A stretch of DNA of 64,000 nt from Candidatus Eremiobacteria bacterium (GCA_963758295.1 CAVWUU010000001.1:288001-352000); one strand, 5' to 3'. Positions 25,605 to 36,465 are shown, counted from the first letter of the stretch. The notes: a model not told the origin generated them from the letters alone. Translations and numbers: made by a program.

Positions 25605-28275
25605 ACCGGAACGATTAAAAGCGCTAGAGTCCTACCAGATTCTCGACACCCCCGAAGAGGCGGTGTACGATGCTTTTACGCGTTTGGCTCGTGAAATCAC
25701 CGGAACGAAAGGTTCGGCGATTTCGCTGATCGATCACGATCGCCAATGGTTCAAGTCTTCGAGCGGTCTCGACGTGCGTGAAACGCCGCGCGACATTGCC
25801 TTTTGCTCGCACGTAGTCGCCCAGGGCGAATCCATGGTTATTCCCGATGCGCGTGCAGACGCTCGGTTTTGCGAAAATCCCTTGGTAACGAAAGACCCGA
25901 GCATCCGTTTCTACGCCGGCGTGCCGCTGCTAAATCCCGAGGGGTTCACGCTCGGAACGCTTTGCGTACTCGACGACGAGCCGCGCGCGATTTCTTCCGG
26001 GCAACTCGATTCGCTCCAAGAATTGAGCCGGGTTATCGTCGGCGTTTTGGAAGGCCGCCGCCGCGTCCTTACGCTTTTCGATTCTGCCGGTATCGACGTC
26101 CTCACGGTCGACCCAAAAGATCACGTCATTGAATTCGCTTCGCGCGGCGCATGCGAACGGCTGCAGTACACCGAACACGAGTTGCGCGGAAAGCCGGTCT
26201 TCGATATCGTTACGGATCTCAGCCAAGAAGAAGTGCAACGGGTCGATGAGATTGCGCGGCGAGGCGAACTGACCGTTCGCGAAGTCCGCTTCCGTCGTCG
26301 CGACGGCACGACGTACCCGGTTGAAGTGCGCCTTGACATGACGGTCGAGCGCGGCGAAGAGCGCATGATGGTCATTGCGAGCGACCAGACCCGCCGCAAG
26401 GAACAAGAGCGCGAGATCCGCTTGCTGCTTGAAGCGGTTAACGTGGCAGGGGACGTCATTCTCGTCTATCGCGTTACGAGCGAGGGCGGCGTCCAGCTCA
26501 CGTACATGAACGACGCGTATGCGAAGCAGACGGGGTACACGTCGGCGGAAGCGATCGGTCGCGACCTGGACACGTTCCGGCAAGACATGCCGGACGATGC
26601 AGGTATGGTGAAGATCCGCGAGGCGCTCAAGCGCAATGTTGCCGCGCAAGCCGAACTCATCAGCTATCGCAAAGACGGCACCGCCTATTGGAATCAGGTG
26701 ACGCTCCATCCGATCGTCGGTGAGCGCGGCAGCGTTACCCATTGGATCTGCATCGAGCGCGACATTACCGAAGACGTGCAGCGTACGGCGCAGCTCGTTG
26801 AAGAGCACGATCGTCTTCTAGCGCTCACGCACGCGATGCGCCGCTTGTTCACCGCCTTAGATACGCGCTCGTTGACGGCGACGATCCGCGAAGTGGTACG
26901 CGAGCTCGTTCCGGCGAGCGCGCGCGTGCTCGCGGTTCAGGGACAGCGCGCTATAGAAGTGAGCGAGCTTGGCCGCGCGGACTGGAGCGATGCGTTCGAA
27001 GACGAACTCGTGCAGCGCGCGGTACGCTATCAGATGCGTGTGGTGCAGGAAGATCAGCGCCGGGCGGTCGCCTACGTCGGACGCTTTGGCGATACGCCCT
27101 ACGTGTTGGAATTGCGCACGCACGAAGCTCAGACGCTGAACAACACCGATTTCTTCGTGTTCGACTTGATCGCGGAGTACTTCGCGGTCGCTGCGCGCAA
27201 CGTAACGCTCTATAAAGAATTAGACGAACGCCGCAGTGCGGTATTGGAATTGAGCCAAACGAAGAGCGATCTTATCGCGATGCTGGCTCACGATTTCCGC
27301 GGCCCGCTCACGTCGATCGTCGGCTTTGCCGACTTGACCGGCGAAAGCGGCGCCGTCAACGAAGATCAAACCGAATATCTGAATACGATCAAGCGTTCCG
27401 CTATGCAGCTCTCGGATCTCGCGACCGACACGCTTACGCTTTCGCGCTTGGAACGGAATGAAGTAACGCTCCACGTCAATGACGTCGATTTGGGATCGCT
27501 CGTGCAAAATGTGATCGCTCATCAGGCCGACGGAAGATCGGTCGCATTGAGCGTCCACGGCGACACGCGGGTAAGCGGCGACGACGAACGTTTGCGCCAA
27601 GTCTTCGCCAATCTCATCGATAACGCGCTCAAGTATTCACCGGGCGGCAGCGCGCCGGAAGTCTCGCTTGACGGTTCGGAAGACTCCGTGACGGTTCGGG
27701 TACGGGACTTTGGCATCGGCATTCCGGCCGGCGAGCTTTCGCGGATTTTCGACCGCTTTTCGCGCGCGTCCAACGCCCGGAAGCTCAGAATTGCGGGAAC
27801 GGGCTTCGGATTGTTTCTTACTAAACAGCTGGTCCAGCTTCACGGCGGAACGATCGCGGTTGAGAGCGCCGAAGGCCGGGGCAGTATGTTCACGGTTACG
27901 TTGCCGCGACGCCTCGATCGCCGTGCGGGTCCGCGCACCGTCGTAGTGCTGGACCTTGAGCGCGACCGGTCTTTCCTTGGCTACGCCGTCCGCGAGGCCG
28001 GTTATCGGGTCGTGACGGCCGGCTCCTTGGAAGAAGTGCTTTCCGTTGCCGACGCCCAGTCGGTAGACGCGTTGATCGTTGCCGATGCCGAATGCCTTTC
28101 GAATACCGATGCGGCGCTTTATCGCGCGTTTACTCGCGAACGGAGCATTCCGTTGATCGCCGTGACGAACGACTCGCTTCCGAAGTTGGGCGCGACCGTT
28201 ACGCTACCGCAGCCGGTATTGATCGGCGATGTGGTGGCCGCTCTTGAAAACCTTGCGGTTCCGGCTACGCCTTAA
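25573..28275 (+). CDS. Multi-sensor histidine kinase (GAF-PAS-PAS-GAF-HisKA-HATPase) with degenerate C-terminal receiver-like domain
   Basis: PENEPERL...RFYAGVPL GAF, two PAS domains, AHDFRGPLT H-box, NLIDNALKY, DFGIG, GTGFGL. Confidence 0.92.
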   Translation: MPTVTPLPENEPERLKALESYQILDTPEEAVYDAFTRLAREITGTKGSAISLIDHDRQWFKSSSGLDVRETPRDIAFCSHVVAQGESMVIPDARADARFCENPLVTKDPSIRFYAGVPLLNPEGFTLGTLCVLDDEPRAISSGQLDSLQELSRVIVGVLEGRRRVLTLFDSAGIDVLTVDPKDHVIEFASRGACERLQYTEHELRGKPVFDIVTDLSQEEVQRVDEIARRGELTVREVRFRRRDGTTYPVEVRLDMTVERGEERMMVIASDQTRRKEQEREIRLLLEAVNVAGDVILVYRVTSEGGVQLTYMNDAYAKQTGYTSAEAIGRDLDTFRQDMPDDAGMVKIREALKRNVAAQAELISYRKDGTAYWNQVTLHPIVGERGSVTHWICIERDITEDVQRTAQLVEEHDRLLALTHAMRRLFTALDTRSLTATIREVVRELVPASARVLAVQGQRAIEVSELGRADWSDAFEDELVQRAVRYQMRVVQEDQRRAVAYVGRFGDTPYVLELRTHEAQTLNNTDFFVFDLIAEYFAVAARNVTLYKELDERRSAVLELSQTKSDLIAMLAHDFRGPLTSIVGFADLTGESGAVNEDQTEYLNTIKRSAMQLSDLATDTLTLSRLERNEVTLHVNDVDLGSLVQNVIAHQADGRSVALSVHGDTRVSGDDERLRQVFANLIDNALKYSPGGSAPEVSLDGSEDSVTVRVRDFGIGIPAGELSRIFDRFSRASNARKLRIAGTGFGLFLTKQLVQLHGGTIAVESAEGRGSMFTVTLPRRLDRRAGPRTVVVLDLERDRSFLGYAVREAGYRVVTAGSLEEVLSVADAQSVDALIVADAECLSNTDAALYRAFTRERSIPLIAVTNDSLPKLGATVTLPQPVLIGDVVAALENLAVPATP

Positions 28276-29110
28276 TCCGCTCGGGCGCCGCATACACGTT
28301 CGCGCGATTCCCGCGCACGAATCCCAGGAGCGTTACATTGAAGCGGCGCGCTAGATCGACCGCGAGGCTGCTGGGCGCGGAAACGGCGCACACAATGGGA
28401 ATGCGCGCAACGGCGGCTTTTTGTAATATTTCATAACTGGCGCGGCCGCTCACGAACATGATCGTCGACTCGAGGCTGCGGCGCTCGAGCATGGCCCAGC
28501 CGCTCAATTTATCGACCGCATTATGCCGGCCAACGTCCTCGCGAACGGCAACGGCGTTTCCGTTCCGATCGAACAGCGCCGCTGCATGAAGACCGCCGGT
28601 CAACGAGAATACGCGTTGCGCTTCACGCATGCGGTCGGGAAGTTCGTAGATCGACGCGATCGAAACGCGAACGCTGTCGTCAACCGGCGTTAATCCCGTC
28701 GCTTCCAACGCTTCGAGGTTGGCACGTCCGCATAGGCCGCACGAGCTATTCACCGTGAAGTGACGTTCGAAGCGTTCCATCGGCGGGAGCGACGGGGAGC
28801 GCAGCTCGACGTTTACGATGTTGTAGCGCTGCTCTTCATCGAGGGCGGGATCGATGCAGTACGTAATGCCCGCAAGCTCTTCCGCCGAAGCCACAACCGC
28901 TTCGCTGCGCACGAATCCCGCCGCGAGTTCGAAGTCGTTGCCCGGAGTTCGCATCGTGACGGCAAGGCTTTGCATCTTGCCGCCGGCTGCGAGGCGCAAC
29001 TCCAGGGGCTCTTCCGTGACAACCGCGTCGAATTTCTTCGAAGCTCCGCTGCCTTCGTAGGCGTCGAGTGTAACGTCGGTCGTGCGGCCGGGACGCTCGG
29101 CGTTCATCAC
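28265..29110 (-). CDS. fdhD: Formate dehydrogenase accessory sulfurtransferase FdhD
   Basis: EEPLEL, TMRTPG.D.ELA.GF, SSCGLCG, TGGLHAAA, EDVGRHNAVDK, SAPSSLAV. Confidence 0.95.
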   Translation of the reverse strand: MMNAERPGRTTDVTLDAYEGSGASKKFDAVVTEEPLELRLAAGGKMQSLAVTMRTPGNDFELAAGFVRSEAVVASAEELAGITYCIDPALDEEQRYNIVNVELRSPSLPPMERFERHFTVNSSCGLCGRANLEALEATGLTPVDDSVRVSIASIYELPDRMREAQRVFSLTGGLHAAALFDRNGNAVAVREDVGRHNAVDKLSGWAMLERRSLESTIMFVSGRASYEILQKAAVARIPIVCAVSAPSSLAVDLARRFNVTLLGFVRGNRANVYAAPERIKA

Positions 29111-30093
29111 ACCGGTTGGCGAAACGCCGCACGTGGATCGCGCGCCGAATCTTTTCCCGCCTCGATCAGCGTCTCGCGAAAGACATAGCCTCCGGCGAGC
29201 GTCAATAGCGACGCCGTCACCGTTCGCACCGCGTCGAGCGGCTTTGGAAGCTTCAGGACGGCGCCGAAAAGATTCAATGCCATCGGTGCAAGCGTTCCCG
29301 CGAGAACGGTGTAACTTCGAAAACGCTCGCCCCGTCTTCCGGAGAACATCGGCCGCGCGTATGCGCCGCCGCGTTTCTCGAAATCCGAAAGTAACAAGAT
29401 TTCGAGAGCACCCGCGAACACTTCAAAGCGCTCGACCTTGGCAGCGGGTCCGTGATTGCCCTCGACCACCGCCAGCAGGTTGGAAAGCGCACATGCGCTC
29501 GCAACGCCGGATGCAACGCAAGCCGCGGGGATGTGGCGTTTCCCCGAAGCCCAAAACGGATTTGCCGTGGCTGAAAGCAATACGCCGGTGTAGCCGGAAA
29601 TAAATGCGCCGAGCGCCGCTTGGAGCTGCGTCAGCGGCGCCGGCGAAAAATGCCGCATCCAGCGCGGAATGACTTCGCTCTCCGCAAGCTCGCGCGTAAC
29701 GGTCGCGGTCGCAACACCCGAGTACGCGACAAGCCCCCACACGCCGAGCGACATGGGCGATTTGAATTTCACGATGCGCATCATGTTCAGAAAGCGCTCC
29801 GGACGCCCCAGATGCGAAATAAGCAGCGCCGGGTTTGCCGCCGCCAGCGCGAGCGACGTATAGCGCGCCGTACGCCGAAGACGGCGTTCCTCGGGCTTAT
29901 TGGGATCCGCGAGCATAGCGATGATGCCTAGACCGCCCATGATGCCACCGAGGAACAGATACGTCATCACGTTCCATTCCCAGTGCGGCGCTTTCAGTAA
30001 CGGCCGGTCGTAGTACGTCGGCGTTGCGGGAAAATCGTCGCGACGCGATTTCGCGCCATCAAAGGCTTCATCGGGACTCGGCGCGCTACGCAT
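29107..30093 (-). CDS. NrfD/PsrC family membrane anchor subunit
   Basis: KAPHW...YLFLGG, HLGRPERF, SPMSLG.W, YTGVLL..TA.P.W. Confidence 0.9.
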   Translation of the reverse strand: MRSAPSPDEAFDGAKSRRDDFPATPTYYDRPLLKAPHWEWNVMTYLFLGGIMGGLGIIAMLADPNKPEERRLRRTARYTSLALAAANPALLISHLGRPERFLNMMRIVKFKSPMSLGVWGLVAYSGVATATVTRELAESEVIPRWMRHFSPAPLTQLQAALGAFISGYTGVLLSATANPFWASGKRHIPAACVASGVASACALSNLLAVVEGNHGPAAKVERFEVFAGALEILLLSDFEKRGGAYARPMFSGRRGERFRSYTVLAGTLAPMALNLFGAVLKLPKPLDAVRTVTASLLTLAGGYVFRETLIEAGKDSARDPRAAFRQPV

Positions 30094-30931
30094 TGCGGAA
30101 CATCACCCATCCGGCAATCGCCAATCCGACTGCCGCGGCCGCTGCTGCCGTGTAACCCGCTCGTTGCCGTGTCGACGGCAGCACGGGCTCGGGCGGCAAG
30201 TTGTACGTTTCCGGTTTATCGGTTAGCAAGAAAAACGCGTTCAGCGGGCCGATTCCGCCCCCAACGTCGTCCGCGCCGTAAAGTGATGCTTCCACGCCGC
30301 GTGATTGCAACGTCTGTACGCGTTGCCTCGCATTTGCGCGCAACTCTTCGACGTCTCCGAATTGAATCGATTCGGTCGGGCAGGCCTTTGCACACGCCGG
30401 CGTAGTTCCGAGCTTCTGCCGGTCGTAGCAAAGCGTGCACTTCCCCGCGACGCCGCCGGAGTTTTGCAAGGCCGTGGCGTGTCCCTCGCGCCGCTCTTCA
30501 ACGAGCGAGGCCAGGTTGTAGTGCGTTCCGTTCGGGTCAAATTTTTCGATAAGATCGACCACGCCGAACGGACACGAAACGACGCAGTACCCGCAACCAT
30601 TGCAGACATCGGGCTGTATGAACACCGACTCGAATTCATTTCGAATGATCGCACCCGTGGGACATGCCTCGAGGCAGCCCGCATTCGTGCAATGTTTGCA
30701 GACGTCGCTGCTCATCAGCCAGCGGTCCTGAATGCCGGTTTCGGTGACGTTCATCTGTTCGACGAATGCCACGTGCCGCCACGTCGTGCCCGAAAGCTCC
30801 GAGGTGTTATCGTACGAGTTTCCCGTGAACGCGAAACCGTCGGACGGCAGTTCGTTCCACTGCTTGCATGCAACTTCGCACGCCTTGCACCCGATGCACA
30901 GCGTCGTGTCGGTGAAAAATCCGGTCGCCAT
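30086..30931 (-). CDS. Formate dehydrogenase iron-sulfur (beta) subunit, 4x[4Fe-4S]
   Basis: DTTLCIGCKACEVACK, CKHC...C...CP, CNGCGYC...CPF, KCTLC.DR...C...CP. C-terminal TM helix. Confidence 0.93.
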   Translation of the reverse strand: MATGFFTDTTLCIGCKACEVACKQWNELPSDGFAFTGNSYDNTSELSGTTWRHVAFVEQMNVTETGIQDRWLMSSDVCKHCTNAGCLEACPTGAIIRNEFESVFIQPDVCNGCGYCVVSCPFGVVDLIEKFDPNGTHYNLASLVEERREGHATALQNSGGVAGKCTLCYDRQKLGTTPACAKACPTESIQFGDVEELRANARQRVQTLQSRGVEASLYGADDVGGGIGPLNAFFLLTDKPETYNLPPEPVLPSTRQRAGYTAAAAAAVGLAIAGWVMFRNA

Positions 30932-33900
30932 TACGTCTGCGATGCTCCTTTGTCTTCACCTTGCATCTGTTGGTAACCGCGATGATGCTCCGCCGCTTCT
31001 TTGGCGTCGGGTTGTCCTTCGGGACGGCGCTCGTCCGCCGGGACCGGTTCGTCAACCTCATCGTAATGATACGCCGGACGGCGTCCGGGCCGGATGTTGC
31101 ATGTGAGCGTTTTGGATTCGTGAATCGAAACGTTCGGGTCGAGCGCGATCGCAATGAGCGCTCCGACGCTATCCCCACGCGCCAGCGCGACCATACTTCC
31201 GTAGTTGTACGGAATGCCGATTTGATGCACGCGCTTGCCTTTGCCGATGCGTAGCGGACGAAGCCGTCCGCTGACGAGCGCGCGAGCTTCCATATCGCCG
31301 AGCGCCGTCGAAATCGTCACCCAGCCGCCGTTAGTAATGCCTTTTTCGACCGCAAGCTCGGGGTTGATTTCCGCAAACGCGGCGGGCTGCAATTCCGCGA
31401 GCCACGGCACGTATCGCGTCATGATGCCGGACATCTCGGTGATGCGGTACGTCGTCATCACGTATGGAAAATTGGGGTCCACCGACTTGTTGTACGCATT
31501 GTCGTCACGCGTGTACGTGCTCAGCACGGGGTTGCTCTGCTGCTTGTAGAGCTCGTTTTCGACGACGGATTGCAGCGGCTCGTAATGCGCCGGAACCGGC
31601 GCGTCCTTTAGGCCGCTTGCGACGAAGAGATGCCCGCGGCCGTCGACCATCATGATGAAGGGATCGGAACCGGAATGAAAGTCCATCCCTTTTGCCTCGG
31701 GATTAGCCGGGGTTGACGGGGCCTTCGTCTTGATGAAATCCGGAACGTCCTTCCCCGTCCACTCGCCTTTGGTTTCGTCCCACCACACGTAACGCTTGCG
31801 TTCGCTCCAGGGGTTGCCTTCGGGATCGGCCGAAGCGCGGTTGTACAACGTGCGCCGGTTCGCCGGCCACGCAAACCCCCAATTCAGCGCGGTATATTCG
31901 CCGCTCGCGTCGCGGTTACGCGCGCGGTTCGTCTCCTTATCAGGACAGACGCCGCTGTAAATCCAACAGCCGCAAGCCGTTGAACCATCGTCTTTCAAGT
32001 CGGTGAAACCGGAGACCTGATCGCCCGACCCGGTATAGTAGCCGTTGATTTCCTGCAGCACTTTGAGCACCGACGGTTCGCCTTTTTCGCGCTCGTGCGG
32101 ATTCTCGTGTTCGTACTCCCAAGTCATATCGAGGATCGGCCGGTCTTTCGGGTCGCTCGAACCGGTATAAAGTTGTTTGAAGCGCTTGGCGAACCAGTTG
32201 AAATACCACGCGTCGCTCTTGGAGTCGCCGGCGGGCTCAACCGGCTTATCGTGCCACTGCAGCAGACGGCTCGTTTGTACCATCGTGCCTTCTTTTTCGA
32301 GAATCGTAGCCGCCGGTAAGAAGAAAACTTCCGTCGGAATTTTGGAAGGATCAGCCCCTTCACGCCGCCAGAATGAAACCGTTTCGTTGTCGTAGCTGTC
32401 GATGTTCACGACGAAGCGGCAGCGCTCCATCGCCGCCTTCACGAGCTTTGCGTTCTGCCCGGACGCGCCCGGGTTCTGCCCGATGACGAAATAGCCCTTA
32501 ACGGTGCCGTCCTTCATCGCGAATGTCGTGGGCAGCATGGAATGGTCGCCGGTGAGCTGCGGCAGATACTCGAAACAGTAGTCGTTTTCGGCCGTCGCTT
32601 TGTCGCCGTAATAAGCTTTCAACAGCGACACCATGTACTTCGGCGTATTGACCCACCAGCCGGTAGCCTTCGTATTCGTCTTCAAATACGCGGGCAGCGT
32701 CTGCTCATCGCGATGCATCGAGGGCATCGGCAAATACCCGGGCAGCAAATCGTACAGCGTCGGAACGTCGGTCGCGCCTTGAATGTTGGCATGGCCGCGC
32801 AAGGCCATGATTCCGCCCCCCGGGCGGCCGATATTTCCGAGCAGCAGCTGAAGCACCGCGGCCGTGCGGATGAATTGCACGCCGGCGGTGTGTTGCGTCC
32901 AACCTACGGCATACGCGAAAGCGGTCGTGCGTTCGCGGCCGCTATTCTTTGCGAGCGTTTCGGCGATACGCAGGAACGTTTCACGCGGCGTTCCGCATAC
33001 GCGCTCGACCATTTCGGGCGTATAGCGGGCGTAGTGGCGTTTGAGAATATTCAGGACGCAGCGCGGATGCTCCAGCGAGGGATCGCGGCGCACATGTCCG
33101 GTTTCGTCTTTTTCGAAAGCCCAAGTACTGGTATCGTAGACGCGTTTTTCCGCGTCAAATCCCGAGAAGACGCCGTCGAGGTCCTCAGTATCTTGGAACG
33201 ATTCCGAAACGATGTTCGATGCGTTGGTGTAGGCGGAGACGTACTCTTTGAAATAGGCGTTGTTGGCCAGCACGTAGTTGATGATGCCGCCGAGGAACGC
33301 GATATCGGTGCCGCTGCGGAGCGGCGCATAAATGTCGGCCACCGCCGACGTGCGCGTGAAGCGCGGATCGACGTGGATTATCGTCGCACCGCGTTCCTTC
33401 GCTTTCATTACGAATCGGAACGCCACCGGATGGGCTTCGGCAAAGTTCGATCCTTCAATCAGAATGCAGTCGGCGTTCTGGAGATCGGGAACCCACACCG
33501 TAGCGCCGCCACGGCCGAACGAGGTGCCCAGACCGGGCACCGTCGAGGAGTGTCATATTCGAGCTTGGTTTTCAATCGACACTACGCCGAGCGAACGCAT
33601 CAGTTTGCCGAGCATGTAATTTTCTTCCACGCCGAACGTTGCGCCCCCGAGCGACGCGATGCCAAGCGTGTGATTTACGCGTTTTCCGTCGCGTTCGCGA
33701 ACGAACGTTTCTTCGCGTGCCTCTTTCGTGAGCTGTGCGATGCGCTCGAGCGCCCACGGAAGCGGCCGGTCTTCGTAGCGATCCGAGAAGGGCGCGCGGT
33801 ATTTTACCGTCGTCCAGCGTTGATCGTTTACGGTGAGTCCGAAGAGCGCGGAGCCCTTCGGACATAAGTGTCCGGCGTTGATCGGGCTATCGGGATTGCC

Positions 33901-34119
33901 TTCGACGTCGAGGAGCTTTCCTTCGTCACTGACGTAGGCCAGCGTGCTGCATCCAACCGCGCAGTAGCAGCAAACGCTTGTTACGGCTTTGGCGCCGGAG
34001 ATGCGGCCCTTTAGTTCTTGCGTCCTTTTGGACGCGACGTTCGGCAGCATACCGACGCGTTCGGAAAAATCGAGGCCGTTGTGCGGAAAGACTCTGGTCA
34101 GATCGACCGTGGTTTTCAC
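30931..34119 (-). CDS. Formate dehydrogenase alpha subunit (FdnG/FdoG-like), selenocysteine-containing; the two track ORFs are one gene
   Basis: ORF 33553-34119 ends ENQARI-TGA and continues in frame as HSST-VPGLG into ORF 30931-33540. CCYCAVGC..CPKG Fe-S motif, ALRGHANIQG, GWTQH. Confidence 0.93.
33523..33555 (-). promoter_or_regulatory. In-frame UGA (Sec) codon plus bacterial SECIS hairpin
   Basis: UGA, 11 nt, then GGUGCCC-ggucu-GGGCACC stem-loop, at the position of the Mo/W-ligating Sec/Cys followed by His. Confidence 0.85.
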
Positions 34120-34149
34120 TATTCTTCTCCCGATAGCCCGAAGGCGCGT

Positions 34150-35493
34150 TTAGGCAGTGGCTCTTTCGGCGAGCGTTGGCGGCTTCTTCACGAAGAACGG
34201 AATGACCGAGGCAATCAAGAGCATAATCGCGACCGGCACCAGCGCGCCTGCATACGAACCCGTAACGTCGCGGACTTTCGCGGCGATGAACGGACCTACG
34301 ATTCCGCCGACGCCCCAAGCCGTTAAGATTATCCCGTAAATCTGCCCCATGTATCGCGTACCGAAAAAGTCCGCCGTGAACGAAGGCATCACGCCGAATC
34401 CGCCGCCGTAGCACAGGAGCACGATCGCGAAGTAAATGCCGACCGCGACGAATCCGCCGCTATGCGCCATTGCGAAGAAGATCACGGCTTGGATGAGATA
34501 CATGACGGTGTACGTCATTGCGCGGCCGATTCTATCGGAAACGGCACCCCAGAAAAAGCGTCCAAGACCGTTGAAGATCGCAAGCACGCCATAAACCTGC
34601 CCCGCCTGTGCCGGCGTCGCGCCCGTAAGTTCGGTGTAGATCGGCGCCGCATTCGAGATGATCAGAATGCCTGCCGTAACATTGAGGAAGAGCAGCAGCC
34701 ACAAGCCGTACAACTGCACCTGAGAAGCCGCTTCGCCGGGCGAGATTCCGGAGCTTTGGGCAACTACCGTTCCGGCCGTCTGGCCGGCAAGCGAATAATT
34801 TGCCGGCGGATTTTTTAGCGCAAAGGCGCACAAGCCGCCGATGATGATGAACACGATTCCGGAGACCGTGAAGAGCATCATGATTCCGTGCAACGATCCG
34901 CCGGGCAAGGCATACTGTGTCGGATCAAATGCAGTGTGCGCCTTTACGGCAGCAGCTTTTGCCGCGACGAACGCGCCGGCAGGCTTTGCCGCATTCTTAT
35001 ACGCGTCGAACCGCGTGATGATCTGATTGTAGACGAACGCGCCGAGACCGAAGCCCATCACGACCATCCCGCTTCCGAGGCCGCGCCGGTCGGGAAACCA
35101 CTTCGTGACCATAGCGACCGGCGTTACGTAAGCCATGCCGTTGCCGAGACCGCCGATCACGCCGTACGTAAGGTATAGCCACCATTTGCCGAGCGCTTCG
35201 GTACCGAGGCCGGCGAGCAGAACGCCCACGCCCCACAAGACGACGCCGACGATCGTTACCGTTCGGGGTCCGACACGGTCTTGCCAGCGGCCGCCGAAGA
35301 CGGCTCCGATTCCCAAGAAAAAGATCGCGAGCTCAAAAGCAAGCGTCGCGTCTTGTGTGGACCAGTTAAAGCCGGCAACGAATGAATTGGTGAACAGGCT
35401 CCACGAGTAGACCGTTCCGAGGCAAAGCATCACGACGACTCCGGCGAGCGCAATTGCCCACCGGTTGCCATGTACTGCGGGAGTCGAAGCCAT
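34150..35493 (-). CDS. OFA-family MFS transporter (oxalate/formate antiporter-like)
   Basis: NRW...LCLG.VYSWS, GGRWQDRVGPR, KWFPDRRGL..G..VMGFG, NGLGRFFWG..SDRIGR, YGGGF. CAGGAG RBS. Confidence 0.92.
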   Translation of the reverse strand: MASTPAVHGNRWAIALAGVVVMLCLGTVYSWSLFTNSFVAGFNWSTQDATLAFELAIFFLGIGAVFGGRWQDRVGPRTVTIVGVVLWGVGVLLAGLGTEALGKWWLYLTYGVIGGLGNGMAYVTPVAMVTKWFPDRRGLGSGMVVMGFGLGAFVYNQIITRFDAYKNAAKPAGAFVAAKAAAVKAHTAFDPTQYALPGGSLHGIMMLFTVSGIVFIIIGGLCAFALKNPPANYSLAGQTAGTVVAQSSGISPGEAASQVQLYGLWLLLFLNVTAGILIISNAAPIYTELTGATPAQAGQVYGVLAIFNGLGRFFWGAVSDRIGRAMTYTVMYLIQAVIFFAMAHSGGFVAVGIYFAIVLLCYGGGFGVMPSFTADFFGTRYMGQIYGIILTAWGVGGIVGPFIAAKVRDVTGSYAGALVPVAIMLLIASVIPFFVKKPPTLAERATA

Positions 35494-35745
35494 GTGCGTT
35501 CTCTCCTGAAAATTGCGCGCGCTTGCAAGCCCTAGCCGAATCATTGAACCTGGGTCGTACGGCCCCGGATGCGCGGCGAAGGCCGTTCTTAGGTTGGTTT
35601 CTCGAGCGTGCTCGCGACAAACGTAACTACTAGTATTACACCGAGGATTTCCCCGCGATAGACGTGTGCAAGCGTCGTCGCGATAATCGCGCAAGCCAAG
35701 CCGGCGGGCGCAGCGACCGAGCCTCCGGTTATAAAATCATAGGCT

Positions 35746-36465
35746 TCACGCAGGGCGTGCATGGCGAACCCTCATGATGACTACGAGGAGCGCAGCCACC
35801 GCGGCATAGGTGGCGATGAACGCAAAGAGCGTCGTATCGCCAAGCCACCATACGACGCCGAGTCCTTCGCCGGTCCAGAAGGTCCCGAGCGAAAGCAGCA
35901 TCAGGCCGACGACGCTCTTGATGAGGTTCTCCGGCACGCGCGCAAACGGGGCCCGCAGCAAGAACGCGGCAGCGGCAACGATCACCAGCGCAGCCGCTGC
36001 GCCGCCGGCGGACCACGCGACGAATTTGGGCGTCGAAGCGGCGAATGTAACGACGATCACCGCGACTTCCAAGCCCTCGACGAACACGCCTTGAAACGCC
36101 ACGAAGAACGCTTCGCGCTCGTCACGCCGGCGCAACTGCGCGACTTCCCGTTCGAAGATTTGCGTCTCGTCATGAAGCGCTTTGCGCCCCGCATACCGCC
36201 ACACGGCTTTACGTAACCACGCAATGCCGAAAAGCACGAGAAGCGGTCCAACGACGATTTCGATTCGTTGTACCGTCGCCGCCCGTGAAAGCAGCGGACC
36301 AAAAATTGCCACGAGTGCGACGAGGGCCAGCGTTGCGGCAATCGTGCCGTTTACGGCGGCTCGCCACCCCTGGGTTATTCCGACGGCAAGCACGATCGTA
36401 GCCGCTTCAACGAACTCTACCGCCGAAGCGAGAAACGTAGTTCCCGCCAAAATCCACGGATTCAT
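35746..36465 (-). CDS. COG4280-like membrane protein (FTR1/TMEM165-like ExxE motifs)
   Basis: FLASAVEFVEA.TIVLAVG, WLRKA..R..G.KA.HDE, VFVEGLEV, VPEN.IK..VG.ML...GTFW.GEG. Confidence 0.8.
   Translation of the reverse strand: MNPWILAGTTFLASAVEFVEAATIVLAVGITQGWRAAVNGTIAATLALVALVAIFGPLLSRAATVQRIEIVVGPLLVLFGIAWLRKAVWRYAGRKALHDETQIFEREVAQLRRRDEREAFFVAFQGVFVEGLEVAVIVVTFAASTPKFVAWSAGGAAAALVIVAAAAFLLRAPFARVPENLIKSVVGLMLLSLGTFWTGEGLGVVWWLGDTTLFAFIATYAAVAALLVVIMRVRHARPA

Noticed and set aside
30931..34119. FDH alpha as two genes or a nonsense pseudogene
   Set aside because: The stop is an in-frame UGA at the Sec position with a SECIS-like hairpin, so it is one selenoprotein.
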